From positions 92,752,001 to 92,816,000 of the forward strand of contig NC_042998.1 of assembly GCF_006345805.1 (NCBI RefSeq): DNA of 64,000 nucleotides, read 5' to 3'. Each line of letters opens with the position of its first letter. The first letter of the stretch is position 1. The notes under the pieces are model-generated. The model did not search any database and was not told where the DNA came from. It worked only from the letters and a program-made list of their open reading frames with translations. Below are positions 12,111-26,489 of this stretch, in pieces. The stretch comes from Octopus sinensis. Lineage: Eukaryota. The position numbers were made by a program, and so were the translations under genes.

Positions 12111-12208
12111 TGATGAATTACATGAAAACTTAACAAAATATGAAGATAAAAATAGTACTTTTGATGCATGGACTCCTTATGACTCTTCTTTTAATATTGA
12201 TGAGAAGC

Positions 12209-12658
12209 AAGGCAGCGAGTTGGCAGAACCGTTAGTATACTGGACTAAATGCTTAGCAGCATTTTGTCTGTCTATATTCTGAGTCCAAATTCTGTCAAGG
12301 TTGATGTTGCCTTCCATCCTTTTGAGGGTCGATAAAATCAGTGCCAGTTGAGTGTTGTGGTCAATGCAATCGACTTACTCCCTCCCAAATTGCTGGCTTT
12401 GTGCCCAAAATTTTAAACCATTATTACTAATAATAGTAATAATGGTTTAAAATTTTGGGCAAGCTAAAGAATCGTTGCCCCATTGGACAAAATGCTTGGT
12501 GGCATTTCATCTGTCTTTATGTTCTGAGTTCAATTTCTGTCAAGGTTGATATTACCTTCCATCCTTTTGGGGGTCGATAAAATAAGTACCAGTTATGCAC
12601 TGGGGTCGATGTAATTGATTTACTCTACATTGCTGGTCTTGTGTGAAAATTTGAATCC
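12209..12658 (+). mobile_element. Head-to-tail SINE-C dimer inside one 16-bp target-site duplication
   Basis: aatattgatgagaagc at 12193-12208 and 12659-12674, with two family-C copies between. Confidence 0.8.
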
Positions 12659-13398
12659 AATATTGATGAGAAGCCACAACTAAACATTAGAGTCTATACA
12701 CCAGATGATGATGTTTTATGTGGAAGCTAGCATGTTGTACATAATCCTCTTTCAATGTTTGAATCTATGAACTATGCAGAAATTTGTATATTTTTTGTCT
12801 TTTATTGTTTTTTGGGATACTTCTTTGGAGGCTTTAGTCAAACAATCCAACTCCAGTATTTATTTTTTAAGTCTAAATTATGGGAATGTAAATAAACCAA
12901 CACCAGTTGTCAAGCAGTGGCAAGGTACAAACACGAAAACATGCACACACACACACGCGATATTCTGTTTGATTGATTCAGATTCTTGCTACTCTGAGCT
13001 TTGCTTGTGGCTGCACAAGGTCAGACTAGTAAGAGACAGGATTGACCAAAATGAAATATAATTACTCTCTCCAATGGTATCAAGTACTCTTTCTTTCAAC
13101 AGTCAACATTAAATATATATGGGGAAGAATTCACAAAAAATCAAAAGACGAAGACAGGTGGTGTAGACAACATAATCAACACAAAAAGATACTACAATGA
13201 TATATTAATATATTAAAGCATATTAAACACATTGTAGTATAAGTGGCTCACTAGCAATTAAAAACCAAAAAGGAATTAATAAATAAAGGTTGCAAAATAG
13301 CATCAGTGATTGCTAAAAATAAGAGTCAAAATTAACTCTGAAAGCCATAAAAAGGTTAGTGTTCTTGTAGCTTTCAGATTTAATTTTGACTCTTAGTT

Positions 13399-13521
13399 TT
13401 AGCATTTGCTGGTGCAATTTCCCCCCTTTATTTATTACACACACACAGACACACACAACATACATACATTACATACATACACACATACATACATACATAC
13501 ATACATACATACATACATACA

Positions 13522-13557
<36 letters not shown>

Positions 13558-13619
13558 TATATGTGCATGTCCATAGAAAATGATTACTGCTTTATTTGTC
13601 ATTCACAAAAGAATCCATC

Positions 13620-13665
<46 letters not shown>

Positions 13666-13727
13666 GATGGATTCTTTTGTGAATGACAAATAAAGCAGTA
13701 ATCATTTTCTATGGACATGCACATATA

Positions 13728-13763
<36 letters not shown>

Positions 13764-14036
13764 TGTATGTATGTATGTATGTATGTATGTATGTATGTAT
13801 GTATGTATGTATGTATATGTGTATGTATGTAATGTATGTATGTTGTGTGTGTCTGTGTGTGTGTAATAAATAAAGGGGGGAAATTGCACCAGCAAATGCT
13901 AAGGTTGATATTACCTTCCATCCTTTTGGGGGTCGATAAAATAAGTGTATATATATATATATATATATACACACACAGATGGATTCTTTTGTGAATGACA
14001 AATAAAGCAGTAATCATTTTCTATGGACATGCACAT
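13399..14036. repeat. Near-perfect 504-bp palindrome (13399-13902), then a 46-bp copy of 12542-12587, then a third partial arm (13947-14036)
   Basis: Arms appear identical apart from (TACA)n unit number, centred on (TA)n. The 46-mer aaggttgatattaccttccatccttttgggggtcgataaaataagt matches 12542-12587. Confidence 0.9.
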
Positions 14037-14559
14037 GTCTCTTGAGGCCTTCTGGTGCCTTGCAAACCTTTTGGCAAAGAAAACAAGTTGAGGACTCAGT
14101 TGGCTCAAGTGCTTGTGGATCATTTACTATGTGTTTCCTTGAGTGGATGGTAAGGCCTGCTTTGCTTCACGTCACAAAACCACAATGACAGGTAAAGTTT
14201 CCAAGTAGAGGAGCAACATTTTACCAGTGTGCCTTCAAGTTATTTTATTCCATATGGATAGAAATAAAAGAAATATAGAAGTTGAAAATGCACAGAGAAT
14301 ATTTAAAATATTTTTCATTATTATATTTAAAGATTTAACCTGTTTCACAGTTTATACTGATTTTCAAATATTTGAAATAGAAAGATGTACTTTATGTTGC
14401 AGCTGTTTTGCTGTGATTCGTGTTTGAAGCTTGCCTTATATTTATAGGGAGTTCATGGCTCAAATTAGTATATGTTTTGAATAGGGTTTGATTGGTAGAG
14501 GATAGTCACATGACTGGTCATAGAAATTTTATAAGTTTCCTGCTACATCCGTGAGTTAG

Positions 14560-15712
14560 TATCAAGTGACAATGTTTCACATCACAAGTGAAGGCTGATA
14601 CGATTGACTGTCAAAAGGCCTAAAATTTATCCCAGCACAACAGCACCCTAACTTCAATGAAATACCAAATGATATTTCACAGTTCTGCAGAAAACTACAC
14701 CTAACAGAGGAATTGTATGATAAAGAAAACAGGGACGAACCAATTGTAAGAAACAAGAGCAAATACTATTCTACAAAAGGTAAGAATAAAGCTTTAGATA
14801 AATTTTGCGATTTTATATCTACCTTCACTTACAAAGAACTTCCACACCCTTAAATCAAGCACAATATCAGTTGAAAGGAATGGGATATTATACATGAACT
14901 GAAAATCTATAAAGACATTATAATTAAGGAAGCAGATAAGGGAAGTGTTATAGTTATTATGGATACTGAACACTACAAAGAGATATACTATCTATATTAC
15001 AAGATATGACCCGCATGAAAAGGTACATAATTACCAAATATCAAAGATAATGATTAAAATGAACACACTCATTCACAGACATCAAAAAGGTGGTTTAACA
15101 AACAAAGCATGTGACTACCTAACTCATTTTGATTGCAAGACAAGCTACTCCTACAGTCTCTTAAAAGAATCAAACTGTTATGAATGCATGTAAAGAACCA
15201 ACTTCAAGTTGCATAAACATACAATGTTGCACTGACCTTAAATTTAGACCAATCATAGCAAGCCCAAACTGTGAAACACACAGACTCGGTAACTTTTTAG
15301 ATATATTACTGAAACCTATTTTAAAATACATACAAGTCTCATAAGGGACAACCTGGACCTGTTAAACTACCTCCCAAAATCGATAAACAATGATACCACT
15401 ATTGTATCTTTTGATGTGGTAAACCTCTCTACCACAATCCCATGCCAATATAGACTAGAGGCAATAAATTTCTGGCCTCAGAAATTATCTCACGAAATTC
15501 CAGACAGAACTGAAAAGAGTTTCATCGCTGAAGGATTAAAATTTATTCTGGAAAACCATTCTTTTTACTTCAATGGCAATGGGATTGCAATGAGGACAAA
15601 AGTTGCTCCGACTTATGCTAATCACTTAAAGGGGATGTACCTACAAGGACTAGTCGTGGATTCACTAAATATGTATGTGCCACGGATTAAAATTTTTTTT
15701 AAATGTCCTTGA
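14560..15712 (+). pseudogene. Penelope-like element reverse transcriptase, degraded and internally deleted
   Basis: KGLKFIP, IIIKEADKGSVIVIMD (PLE ADKG motif), FRPIIASPNCETHRLGNFLDILLKP, SFDVVNL..IP and GIAMRTKVAPTYAN (G.AMG...AP.YAN). Confidence 0.85.
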
Positions 15713-15728
15713 TTGCAAAATACATGTA

Positions 15729-15812
15729 TTCATCTGAAGAAAAGGCTTTTTTATATTGATATAATGTACTCATTGAGCTATTAAAAAATTCGTTAGAAAC
15801 GGCTGTAATTAA
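15729..15812 (+). ncRNA. Type-I hammerhead-like motif downstream of the PLE RT, same strand
   Basis: uucau CUGAAGA [long AT-rich stem II, uuuuuua/uaaaaaa] GAAAC ggcu GUA auuaa. Core intact; stems I and II imperfect. Confidence 0.6.
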
Positions 15813-15834
15813 CTGACACCTGTCCACCAGTTGT

Positions 15835-15866
<32 letters not shown>

Positions 15867-15938
15867 CACACACGCTTTCTCTCACATACACACAAATATT
15901 TATACATATATATATATATACATACACACACATATATA

Positions 15939-16682
15939 CAGGGTGCGATAGGTAAATTGTCGCCATTTTATATTTTTAATCATGCTGTTCTGCTTGGCAT
16001 TGACGCTGGAAGCTCCAATATGAACATTTCAGAATGTCTGGGTGTCAATCGGAGGATAGTGCAATCTAAGAACATGTACTGAGAGTGATAAAAATCAAAC
16101 ATCCAGTCAACATCACGGTGTTTGGACTGGATGTTATGCCTCCATTCCTCTTCCCACATAGCCTCATACTCAATATAGAGGCCTACATCAAATGTCTAGA
16201 GGAGGTAGTGCTGCCCTGAGTCAAGAGGGTGACTGCTGGAAGACCCTGTGTCTGGCAACAGGACTTTGCACCATGCCACATAAGCAGGAGAACCCAGGCA
16301 TGGCTGTCAGACAATTTCTGCGACCCCATTATCCCTAACATCTGGCCACCTAACTCCCCAGAATGCAAGCCCCTTGATTATTATGTGTAGGGCACAGTTC
16401 AGTGAGAGACCAACAAAACTTGTAACACCACAGATGAACTGAAGGCAAAGATTATTGCAGCATTCACCAACTTAAAAAAGTAGACTGTCCAGAAGAATTG
16501 CATGAGATTCCAAAGTCGTCTGGATGTCATGGTTGAAGTCAATGGAGATTTTATTGAACAAACTTACTCTTTAGTATTTCAAGATATTTTTATGTAATTT
16601 TGGTAAATATAACTTAAAGTGAGATATCACTGTTATTTTAATGTTTGCATAATTTAGACGACAGTTTATTCACCACACCCTG
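15939..16682 (+). mobile_element. Tc1/mariner (maT/DD37D-like) deletion derivative
   Basis: TA-cagggtg ... caccctg-TA TIRs. Remnant reads WQQDFAPCH and WPPNSPECKPLDYYV*G. Confidence 0.85.
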
Positions 16683-19600
16683 TATGATGGGTCTCTATGT
16701 ATTTCCATCTATCAGTTTCAGTCACAATGCACTGGTTGGCCTGGTGCTATAGTTGAAGACACTTCCCTTAGGTTGTGCGTAGTGGAACTGAACCTGAAGC
16801 CATGTGATTTCAAAGGGAACTTCTTAACCACTCAGCCATGCATGTAATATTTTAAACATTATGTCAGCCATAGTTTTTATATGTATCAGCTTTACTTGTC
16901 AAATAAGAACAACAACAGGAATGGTAGCACACTCAAATTATTAAATAAAACTTTGGGAAGTATTTCTTGTTTACTCAACATTAACTGTCATAGCAGTGTT
17001 TTTTTTTTTTTAAATCACTTCTCATTGATACAAGTGCATAATAACAAATACACATGAAACTATTCTAGTCTCATTCAGACACTTCAACAAAGTCGTGCCA
17101 ACTATAACTGGAAACAAATACATTCGCTTAAAAAAAGATAAAATCAAAAACAAAAGGAAAAAATTATACCAAGCATTTATTTCCCTGAAATTTCCTGTTT
17201 AATATTGTATAGTCGTTAGTAGTTTAGTTATTAAGTGTTCTGTCAGCCACACAAGAGACTCTGGTATTTTATCATTTAAGATATTGAACATGAATTTTTT
17301 TTTTTCCAGATGTGTTATAAGGAGGTGTAATGACATTATTGTTATGCTGTAGAGATGGGGTTATTTTGAGCTAAATGTTATATAATTTGGTAAATTTGAA
17401 TACACTTTTATAAAATGCAAGTATTTTATGGTTAATGGCTGGTGCGACAAATAGAATAGATGAAAACAATACAGATGGTTATATTAGTAGCATATACTGA
17501 TGTCCATGGATGAGAGTTATATAGTATTAAAAGTTCCAAATGTGAGAACAAACTAAATGATCATTATATGAAATATGAATACAAAAAAAAAAGAAAAAGA
17601 ATAAAGAAAAATGTTTCAGAGCGGATATGTTATGGTGTTATGGACATATGAACATATGGAAAAGTTGTTTTGATTAAGATAAAAAGAGTCTGTGTGAAAT
17701 ATATTTGTTTAAAAAGCAAATTAGGCATGAAAACAGCAAGACAATGGAGTCTGAAATATGAGAAAGTTTTAAACTTCCACTTTCATTATGGTTTCTGATA
17801 GTGAGTCAGATAAGGATTAACCTTCATTTAATAGATCTTGTAATATTTAATAGACTGCTATTTCTGCTCACTAGCTGTTGGTCAGCATTAACTATTGATT
17901 CAGTAGAGTAGAAAAATAAATGAGCCTAAATATAACTTCAGGTAGTAAGGAATACTATGATGGGAGTTGGTGCTAAATAGAATGATTAGTTTAGGACAGC
18001 AGATGCCAAGCTTCTAGTGCGACAGCTGTGACGGTAATTGGGAAAAACTGGGAAAAACCAGTCATCTATGTCCTACATTTATTGAATTTGGAAAAGCATG
18101 GAGTAGGGGTGGGATCCCAACTCTTCTTCTCTTTATTAATCATTGATTCCTGAAACCTTTGTATCATAAATCCAAGCCTGGTTTCCTCTCATGAGCACAC
18201 TGCAAAATTAATTAGAATGGTAGATGATTAAAAGCTGGAAGATGCATGTACTGGAAAACAAAAAGTGATCTTTTTTTTTTTTAAACTACAACTATTTGAT
18301 AGCCAGGATCTCCATAGGCAACCAATAAATAAATAAATAAATAAATAAAATAATTAAATGAATAAATAAATAAATAAATAAATAAATAAACGATAAAAAT
18401 ATAAATAAATAGTCCCAGCTATAATGTAAATGGTGTTTAATAGTTTACATAGAGAAATTATTATATCCAGATTCTCAAAATAGCAACAACAGCAACAGCA
18501 GCAACAGACATGACTTGTGCATTATTTCTCTTGTCCTTTCTCTTCACCTTCTTTCCCTTACTCTCTCTCTCTCTCTCTTTTTACTTAGGTTTGCATATTT
18601 TTTTTATGTATACATTTGTTTTAATCCTAAATGTCTATTGTATTTATCTTATTTATCTATAACAATTATATGCATGCATAAATATTGATAAGCATCAGTA
18701 GATTTTACATAGCATTGCCTTCACACGAATACACAATAGATATAATCAGTGGATGAGATTAATACTGTATGTCTACATCGAAAATAAAACTAATTATCAA
18801 ACAATCACCCCTTCAACATTCCCCAGTGTTTTTTATATATATATACATAAAAAAAATAAAACTACAAACATGCTTCTCATTTTGATTAAGAAAATTATTT
18901 TAAGAAACATCACTATTGCTTTTGATAGGCAGGTTATCAGTCAGGAATGTAAATACCAAAGTTTACAAGCTATACACATGCAGTTCAGTTTTCATGTGAC
19001 TTGAACAGCTTATGATGACATTTACATTCTAACAGAGAACATTCCTATAGATAAATGGGATCCATTGTCTCCAGATATCTCATAATACAATTCTAGTGAC
19101 CAGTTTTATCTTAGCATTGCATCTTAATCATTTGGTCTTGTAATAGCAATCAGTGATATGATATCCAAACTCATTTATTATGTAGTGTGTTAATAAAAGT
19201 GACCATCATCAGCAACAAAGATAGAGTTTTAGTTGTTTAGTAAATGAAGTTCGTTGGCTCTTCTGTTCTTTCATCATGAGAAAGAATCTAAAACAGTGTT
19301 TAATAATTAGTTACAACATTATAAGTTCTCATTAGATACCATGATTAATTGTAAAGTAATCTGCTACCGGCAAAGTTGTTCTATTTACATTGACTTTTAC
19401 TTGGATGAATGAAAATGTTTTATTCTTATCCTTGATTGATTTTGAAATATTTTGAAAATATAGGTGCCAGAATGACTGTATGGTTCAGAAATTTCCTTCC
19501 CAGTCATGTCGTTTCAGGTTCAATACCACTGCTTGGCATATTGGGCTTCTGTCTTATGCTGTAGACCAGGACAAACTAATAACTTTTGAACGAATCTGGT

Positions 19601-19889
19601 AAATAGAAACTGTACAGAAGACATTATATATAGACCTGAGTATATGTTTATGTCTGTATGTGTGTGTGTATATAGATATATTCTTTTATTCCTTTATTCT
19701 TTTGTTTCAGTCAGTTGACTGTAGCCATGCTGGAGCACTGCCTTTAGTCAAACAAATCGACCCCATGACTTATTCTTTGTAAGCCTAGTACTTATTCTAT
19801 CGTCTCTTTTGCCGAACTGCTAAGTTACAGGAATGTAAACACACCAACATTGGTTGCCAAGCGATGGTGGGGGTTGGGGCAAACACGTA

Positions 19890-21211
<1,322 letters not shown>

Positions 21212-21333
21212 CCATTTTAGCTGATCTTCCAATTGGATGTTAGATAATGACATGGTTAAGTAAGAGCATGTGATCTACAAGACTGGCAGGTTTGAAAAAA
21301 TTATGGTCACTGCTCTCCGTATGCATATGTGTA

Positions 21334-21365
<32 letters not shown>

Positions 21366-22624
21366 CATGTGTGTGTGTGTGTGTGTGTGGTGTGTGTGTG
21401 TGTGTGCATGCATTTGTGTCTGCATGCATGTGTAAGTGAGTGAGTGTACGCTTCTTGATGTCTCGCTGTTCTACAACCAATATTGGTTTTTTTACACGTC
21501 CTGTAACTTCACAGTTTGGCAAAAGGCCACCCCAAAAAATAATGTCAGACAAGTGCAAGATGATGGCTAAAACAAAAACAAAAAGAATCCTTCAGTGCAG
21601 TTGAAATATATTTCCAGCATGGCCACAGTCATGACTGAAACAAGAAAAAGATTATAGGAAATGAAAATATCCAAATATAGTAAATTACATTTGTGTGTCT
21701 CTGGTGATATCAGATATATTTCTAAGATGGCTTTAAAGAATAAAATGTAAGCACCAGCCTGTTTAAGAATTAATATATAACAACTCACTTTTTGTAACTT
21801 GAATTGTTTTACATTGATTCATTTCTATGTAGCAATGGGTGGAATCATTCTTGGAAAATTAGATAATTGGAAAACTGTTTATAGCTGAAGCAAATGAATA
21901 TGGGAGTGGTAGTAATTTCTTATGATGAAGCTTTGGAGAAACAGTTATATACCTTGGCTGCAGGCACTACTGAATGATTGCAGTAAGGTTTGATTAAATA
22001 AATCTTTGTCAGTTGTCCTGCATATTAAACAAACAACCACTTGTTTTCAATAAATTAACTATAGTATAATGTAATATTATTTATATGTAGTTATCTTGCT
22101 AAGATACATAGAATAAGCTTTTGTAATATTAAGTTCCTAGTAAGTGAATAAATAAATGAATAAATAAATAAGTAAATAAATAAATATATATATGTATAAT
22201 TTTGCACAATAGGAAATAAAATAATCTGATAAAATATTTATATTTTAGTGTGCAATGTGCATGAATGCATAAATGTAAACATATGTTATATTACACCTTT
22301 ACACACACAAACACACACACACACACATGTATATTCTCATATATCCTTAGACTGATTAGGGAAAAGAGGCAGATGATGCTAAGATATGAAAGGAGTTTAC
22401 AGTTGCTGTTCACAAGCATGTTTATAACTGTCCACGGCAGGCTTGAGTACAGGAAATTCAGTATTGTATATAAACACTCTAACCATTTCCAACAAAGAGA
22501 TATCACTAGAATTGCTCCCAAAGAAGGAAAATAAAAGACTAAACTTCACTTCCAATAAGAAGGTAGCAAGAGCGAGAGAGAATTTGGAGAAAGCAGTCCA
22601 GAAATATCAAAGTCCATTAGGAAT

Positions 22625-23110
22625 AATCTTTTCTACTCTAGGCACAAGGCCTGAAACTTGGGGGAGGGGGAAGTCGGTTACATCGACCCTAGTATGCAAC
22701 TGGTACTTAAATTTATCGACTCCAAAAGGATGAAAAGCAAAGTTGACCTTGGCAGAATTTGAACTCAGAATGTAAAGACAGAACACATTTCATTCAGTGT
22801 GCTAACATTTCTGCCAGCTCACCCCTTTAGTCCATTATGAATATTGAAAAGAATCATGGTTCAACTAAAGTCACTCTTTATGAAGCATACAAGGAGATAC
22901 AAGAAGCACACAGTAAACATTGGTTTCGAATTTTGGCACAGGGCCAACATTTTCAGGGGAGCGGGTAAGCCAATTACATCAACCTCAGTGTTCAACTGGT
23001 ACCTATTTCATTGACCTCCAGAAAGATGAAAGGCAAAGTTGGCCTCAGTGGAATTTGAGCTCAGAGTAGCATTTTGCCTAGTGAGCTGATGATTCTGCCA
23101 GCTCACTGTT
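22625..23110 (-). mobile_element. Two SINE-C copies (22625-22830, 22920-23110)
   Basis: Reverse complement of the family consensus (ctggtacttaaatttatcgac, tttgaactcagaa). Confidence 0.75.
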
Positions 23111-23613
23111 TAAAAAAAAAAGGTATTAGTACACATGGAAAGAACCCACACCTCTTATTTTTGTGATAAGTGTGCTGACCAATAGCACCAACATACCCAC
23201 TCAAGCACACACTAAATATTAAACAGAAAAACTTAACCCATCACAATGAGAACAAGCATGTTGCTGTCTGGATACCTCTGAGAGAACTTAACACCAATAG
23301 AGCTTCTCTAGTGATTTGCATTGTGTGGTGGTAACACAGAACAACACAATGACCCTTGTTTCAACCACAAAGTAGTAGATATCCTGCTGTTCTAAACTTG
23401 CCCTTTCATCATAAAAGAGCTTTAAAACTATCTAAAACAGTTAAAAAATCAAAAAATCACCAGATTCAATTAACATCTCAGCTATCATCTGGAAGAGTCC
23501 ACTCATTCACAAATATCTGCTGGGCTACTCTAATGAGAAGGTAAACCAACAGCCTTCTCCAAATCTTCAATTATTCCATTACCACAGAAAGGTGATCTGG
23601 TACTGGTATAGAC

Positions 23614-23966
23614 CAGGGGTTCTCAACCATTTAAAAAAATTTATGGATCCCTTTGATTATTATTTTATTCTGGTGAACCCCCATAGCCATTCAATGTTTA
23701 AAAGTTAGTTTTATTGAAACTTCTTACAAAATTCCTATTTTGTTTTACACGCATTAACTTGTGTAGGTTGAACTATGTAAAATGTTAGAGAAAGAAATCT
23801 AGCAGTTTCTTGCAATACATACCAATACATACATCTAAACCAAAATTGTTTCAGAGGCCCTTGAAATTCTATTGTGGATCCCTAATTTATTGCTTTATTA
23901 CATGGACACCCCAAAAATATTCTATGGGCCCTCAGGGGCCATATAGACCCTGGCTGAGAACCACTG
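23614..23966. mobile_element. hAT/Charlie-type MITE with perfect 8-bp TSD
   Basis: TIRs caggggttctca / tgagaaccactg. TSD gtatagac at 23606-23613 and 23967-23974. Confidence 0.9.
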
Positions 23967-24192
23967 GTATAGACAAACACAAGAAAGAAAATAAAAAAAA
24001 TTATTGTCTACTGAAGTTAATGGGGAACATAGATCTTAGTGCAACATTGTGATATGCATCTTGGTTGTGGCAACTTGAAGGAGAAGAATAGCAAAACACA
24101 CACACACACATACACACAACGACACACACATATACAAATATACACACAGAAACATACACACACACATGCAAACACACTCATATACATATACA

Positions 24193-24615
24193 TAGGTGCA
24201 GGCATGACTGTCTTGTAAGAAGCTTGCTTCTGAACCACATGGTTCTGAGTTCAGTCCCACTGCACAGCACTTTGAGCAGGTGTCTTCTATTATAGCCTCA
24301 GGCCAACCAAAGCCTTGTGAGTGGATTTGGTGGATAGAAACTGAAGGAAGTCTGTTGTATATATGTATATATATGTGTAAATCTATGTATGTGTATCTCT
24401 GTGTCTGTGTTCGTCTCCATCCCATCACTGCTTGACAACTGGTGTTGGTGTGTTTATGTCCCTGTAACTTAGCAGTTCAACAAAAGAGAATGACAGAATA
24501 AGTAGTAGGCTTACAAATATTAAGTCCTGGAGTTGATTTGTTTGACTAAAACCCTTTACGACAGTGCTCCTGCATGGCTGCCGTCAACTGACTGAAATAA
24601 GTAAAAGAATAAAAG
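24193..24615 (+). mobile_element. Full-length tRNA-derived SINE family A
   Basis: Head (gttctgagttcagtccc B-box-like), internal microsatellite, and 3' end gactgaaataagtaaaagaataaaagaa. Confidence 0.85.
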
Positions 24616-24929
24616 AATATATATCCACACACACACACACACACACACAGAGTATGAAGGCATGGATGAGTTGTTAAGTACTTAAGAAATTAGTTTTACA
24701 TTCATGGGGTCCAAATCCCAATGTACTGCATGACATCATAAGCTAACATTTCTTCTTCTTCCTATAGTATTGGATCAACCCAAAACTTTGAAAGGGAAAT
24801 TGTTAGGAAGCCTGTCACGTGGACTATACTTGTAATTCAAAGGTTCAGCCTTATCACTCTATGTCACATTGATTCTGTTTGACAATTACACTAAGGGTAA
24901 ACCTATTTATGGGATTTGAAAGCCAAAGC

Positions 24930-25200
24930 CCATGGTTTGGTGATTAGGGTATTCAGCTCTCAGTGATATATTGTGCCCTTGAGCAAGACACTTCATTTCT
25001 TGTTGTTCCAGTCAACTCAGCTGGCAAAAAGGAATTGTACCTGAACTTCAATTTGTCATATTCTATGTCAAGCTGAATCTCCCTGTGGACTATGTTAAGG
25101 GTATATGGGGCTGTGGAGTACTCAGCCACTTGCACATTAATTTCACAAGCAGGAGGTTTGGTTGAATCAGTGAAGTGAAGCACTTGTCATCATAATTGAT
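24930..25200 (+). mobile_element. tRNA-derived SINE family G (same as 57130-57455)
   Basis: ttgtgcccttgagcaagacactt...ctcagctggcaaaa...tactcagccacttgcac is shared with the 57130 copy. Confidence 0.7.
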
Positions 25201-25868
25201 GAAGAACTAGGAAATATGTATCTGTGAAATACTCAGCCACTTTCGTGCTAATTTAAAGATTGAACAACAGGTTACTCAGACACTGGGAAAGCTTGGGAGA
25301 GTCCATTACAATAAGCATATAAACATATTCTTGGATTTGTGCATGTGTGTGTGTATATGAAAGTTCAGCTGATTGGAAATGGGAAACAGGCATTTAAGGA
25401 ACAATAAAGTTTATGAAAATGCAATTTGCTAATATAAAATATTAAAATTGTATGAACAATTGGCACTTTTGATCATTTTTATTATCATAACATTTTATAT
25501 AATATAGCTTCTAACTGGTTTTAAATGAACAAACTCTTTGTTGCTCTTGATGTTAAAATCCAATGGGGAAACTGCTTAAATATTTCATAGTAATGCTTAT
25601 CACAGACTAATTTCATTTGGTAAAATATAAATGCTTACATATGAATATCTGTTTATTAATATTTGATTATTTTTATGTTTTGTTTTTTATGAATCCTTTC
25701 TGACAGAAATGATTGGGCTAAGCACTTCTTGGAGTATATATTTCAAGAATATTAGATAAACGATTACCTATAGAGCATGCATAACTTCATATTATTAGAA
25801 ATTTAATTCTACACATCAAATAGATTTTATTGCAAAATAAATTAGTGCAATTATATGAGTGTGTATGT

Positions 25869-25907
<39 letters not shown>

Positions 25908-26410
25908 ATGTGTGTGTGCATGTGTGTGTGTGTGCTTGTGCATGTGTGTATTCGTTAATATATTTTCTAGTCCTTTGATAATTTCATTTAATGTAATACA
26001 ATCTTTATTAGACCCAAGACTCTTGATGATTTCTTACTGATGAGATCCAACTTGATCAAAATAACAGCTATATACAAATGTTAAAACCTCAATGGTTAAA
26101 AAAATTTTTTTAATGAAACTATAATCCAATAAATGCATAAATATAAAGTACTGCATTCTTTTCACTTCCCCTTACTATAAAGAATAACAACCAGTCAACT
26201 GAGAGATAACATTGATACAAAAAATTATAACTGAAGAACTCTGTATCTTCACATTTATATATAGATTTGTAAGCCAGCAGCACAAAACTGCAAGCTGGAT
26301 ATAGTATGTAAGCATATCACTAGAAATTGCTGCAACAAAATGTCATCTTCTAAAAGCCAAGGAATGCAGTTCTAATTGTAAGGGGATGTATATCATCATC
26401 ATCATCTGAG

Positions 26411-26475
<65 letters not shown>

Positions 26476-26489
26476 ATATATATAAACAT

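Noticed and set aside
2420-12760. LTR pair for the Gypsy remnant
   Set aside because: No matching direct repeats or TG...CA ends could be identified on either side.
19120-19220. Minus-strand CUGAUGA with UGGUC/GACCA pairing
   Set aside because: No GAAA after the putative stem II and no stem III or I.
22330-22620. Lys/Arg-rich open segment (TLTISNKEISLELLPKKENKR...)
   Set aside because: Possibly an old LINE fragment, but no diagnostic motif was recognised.
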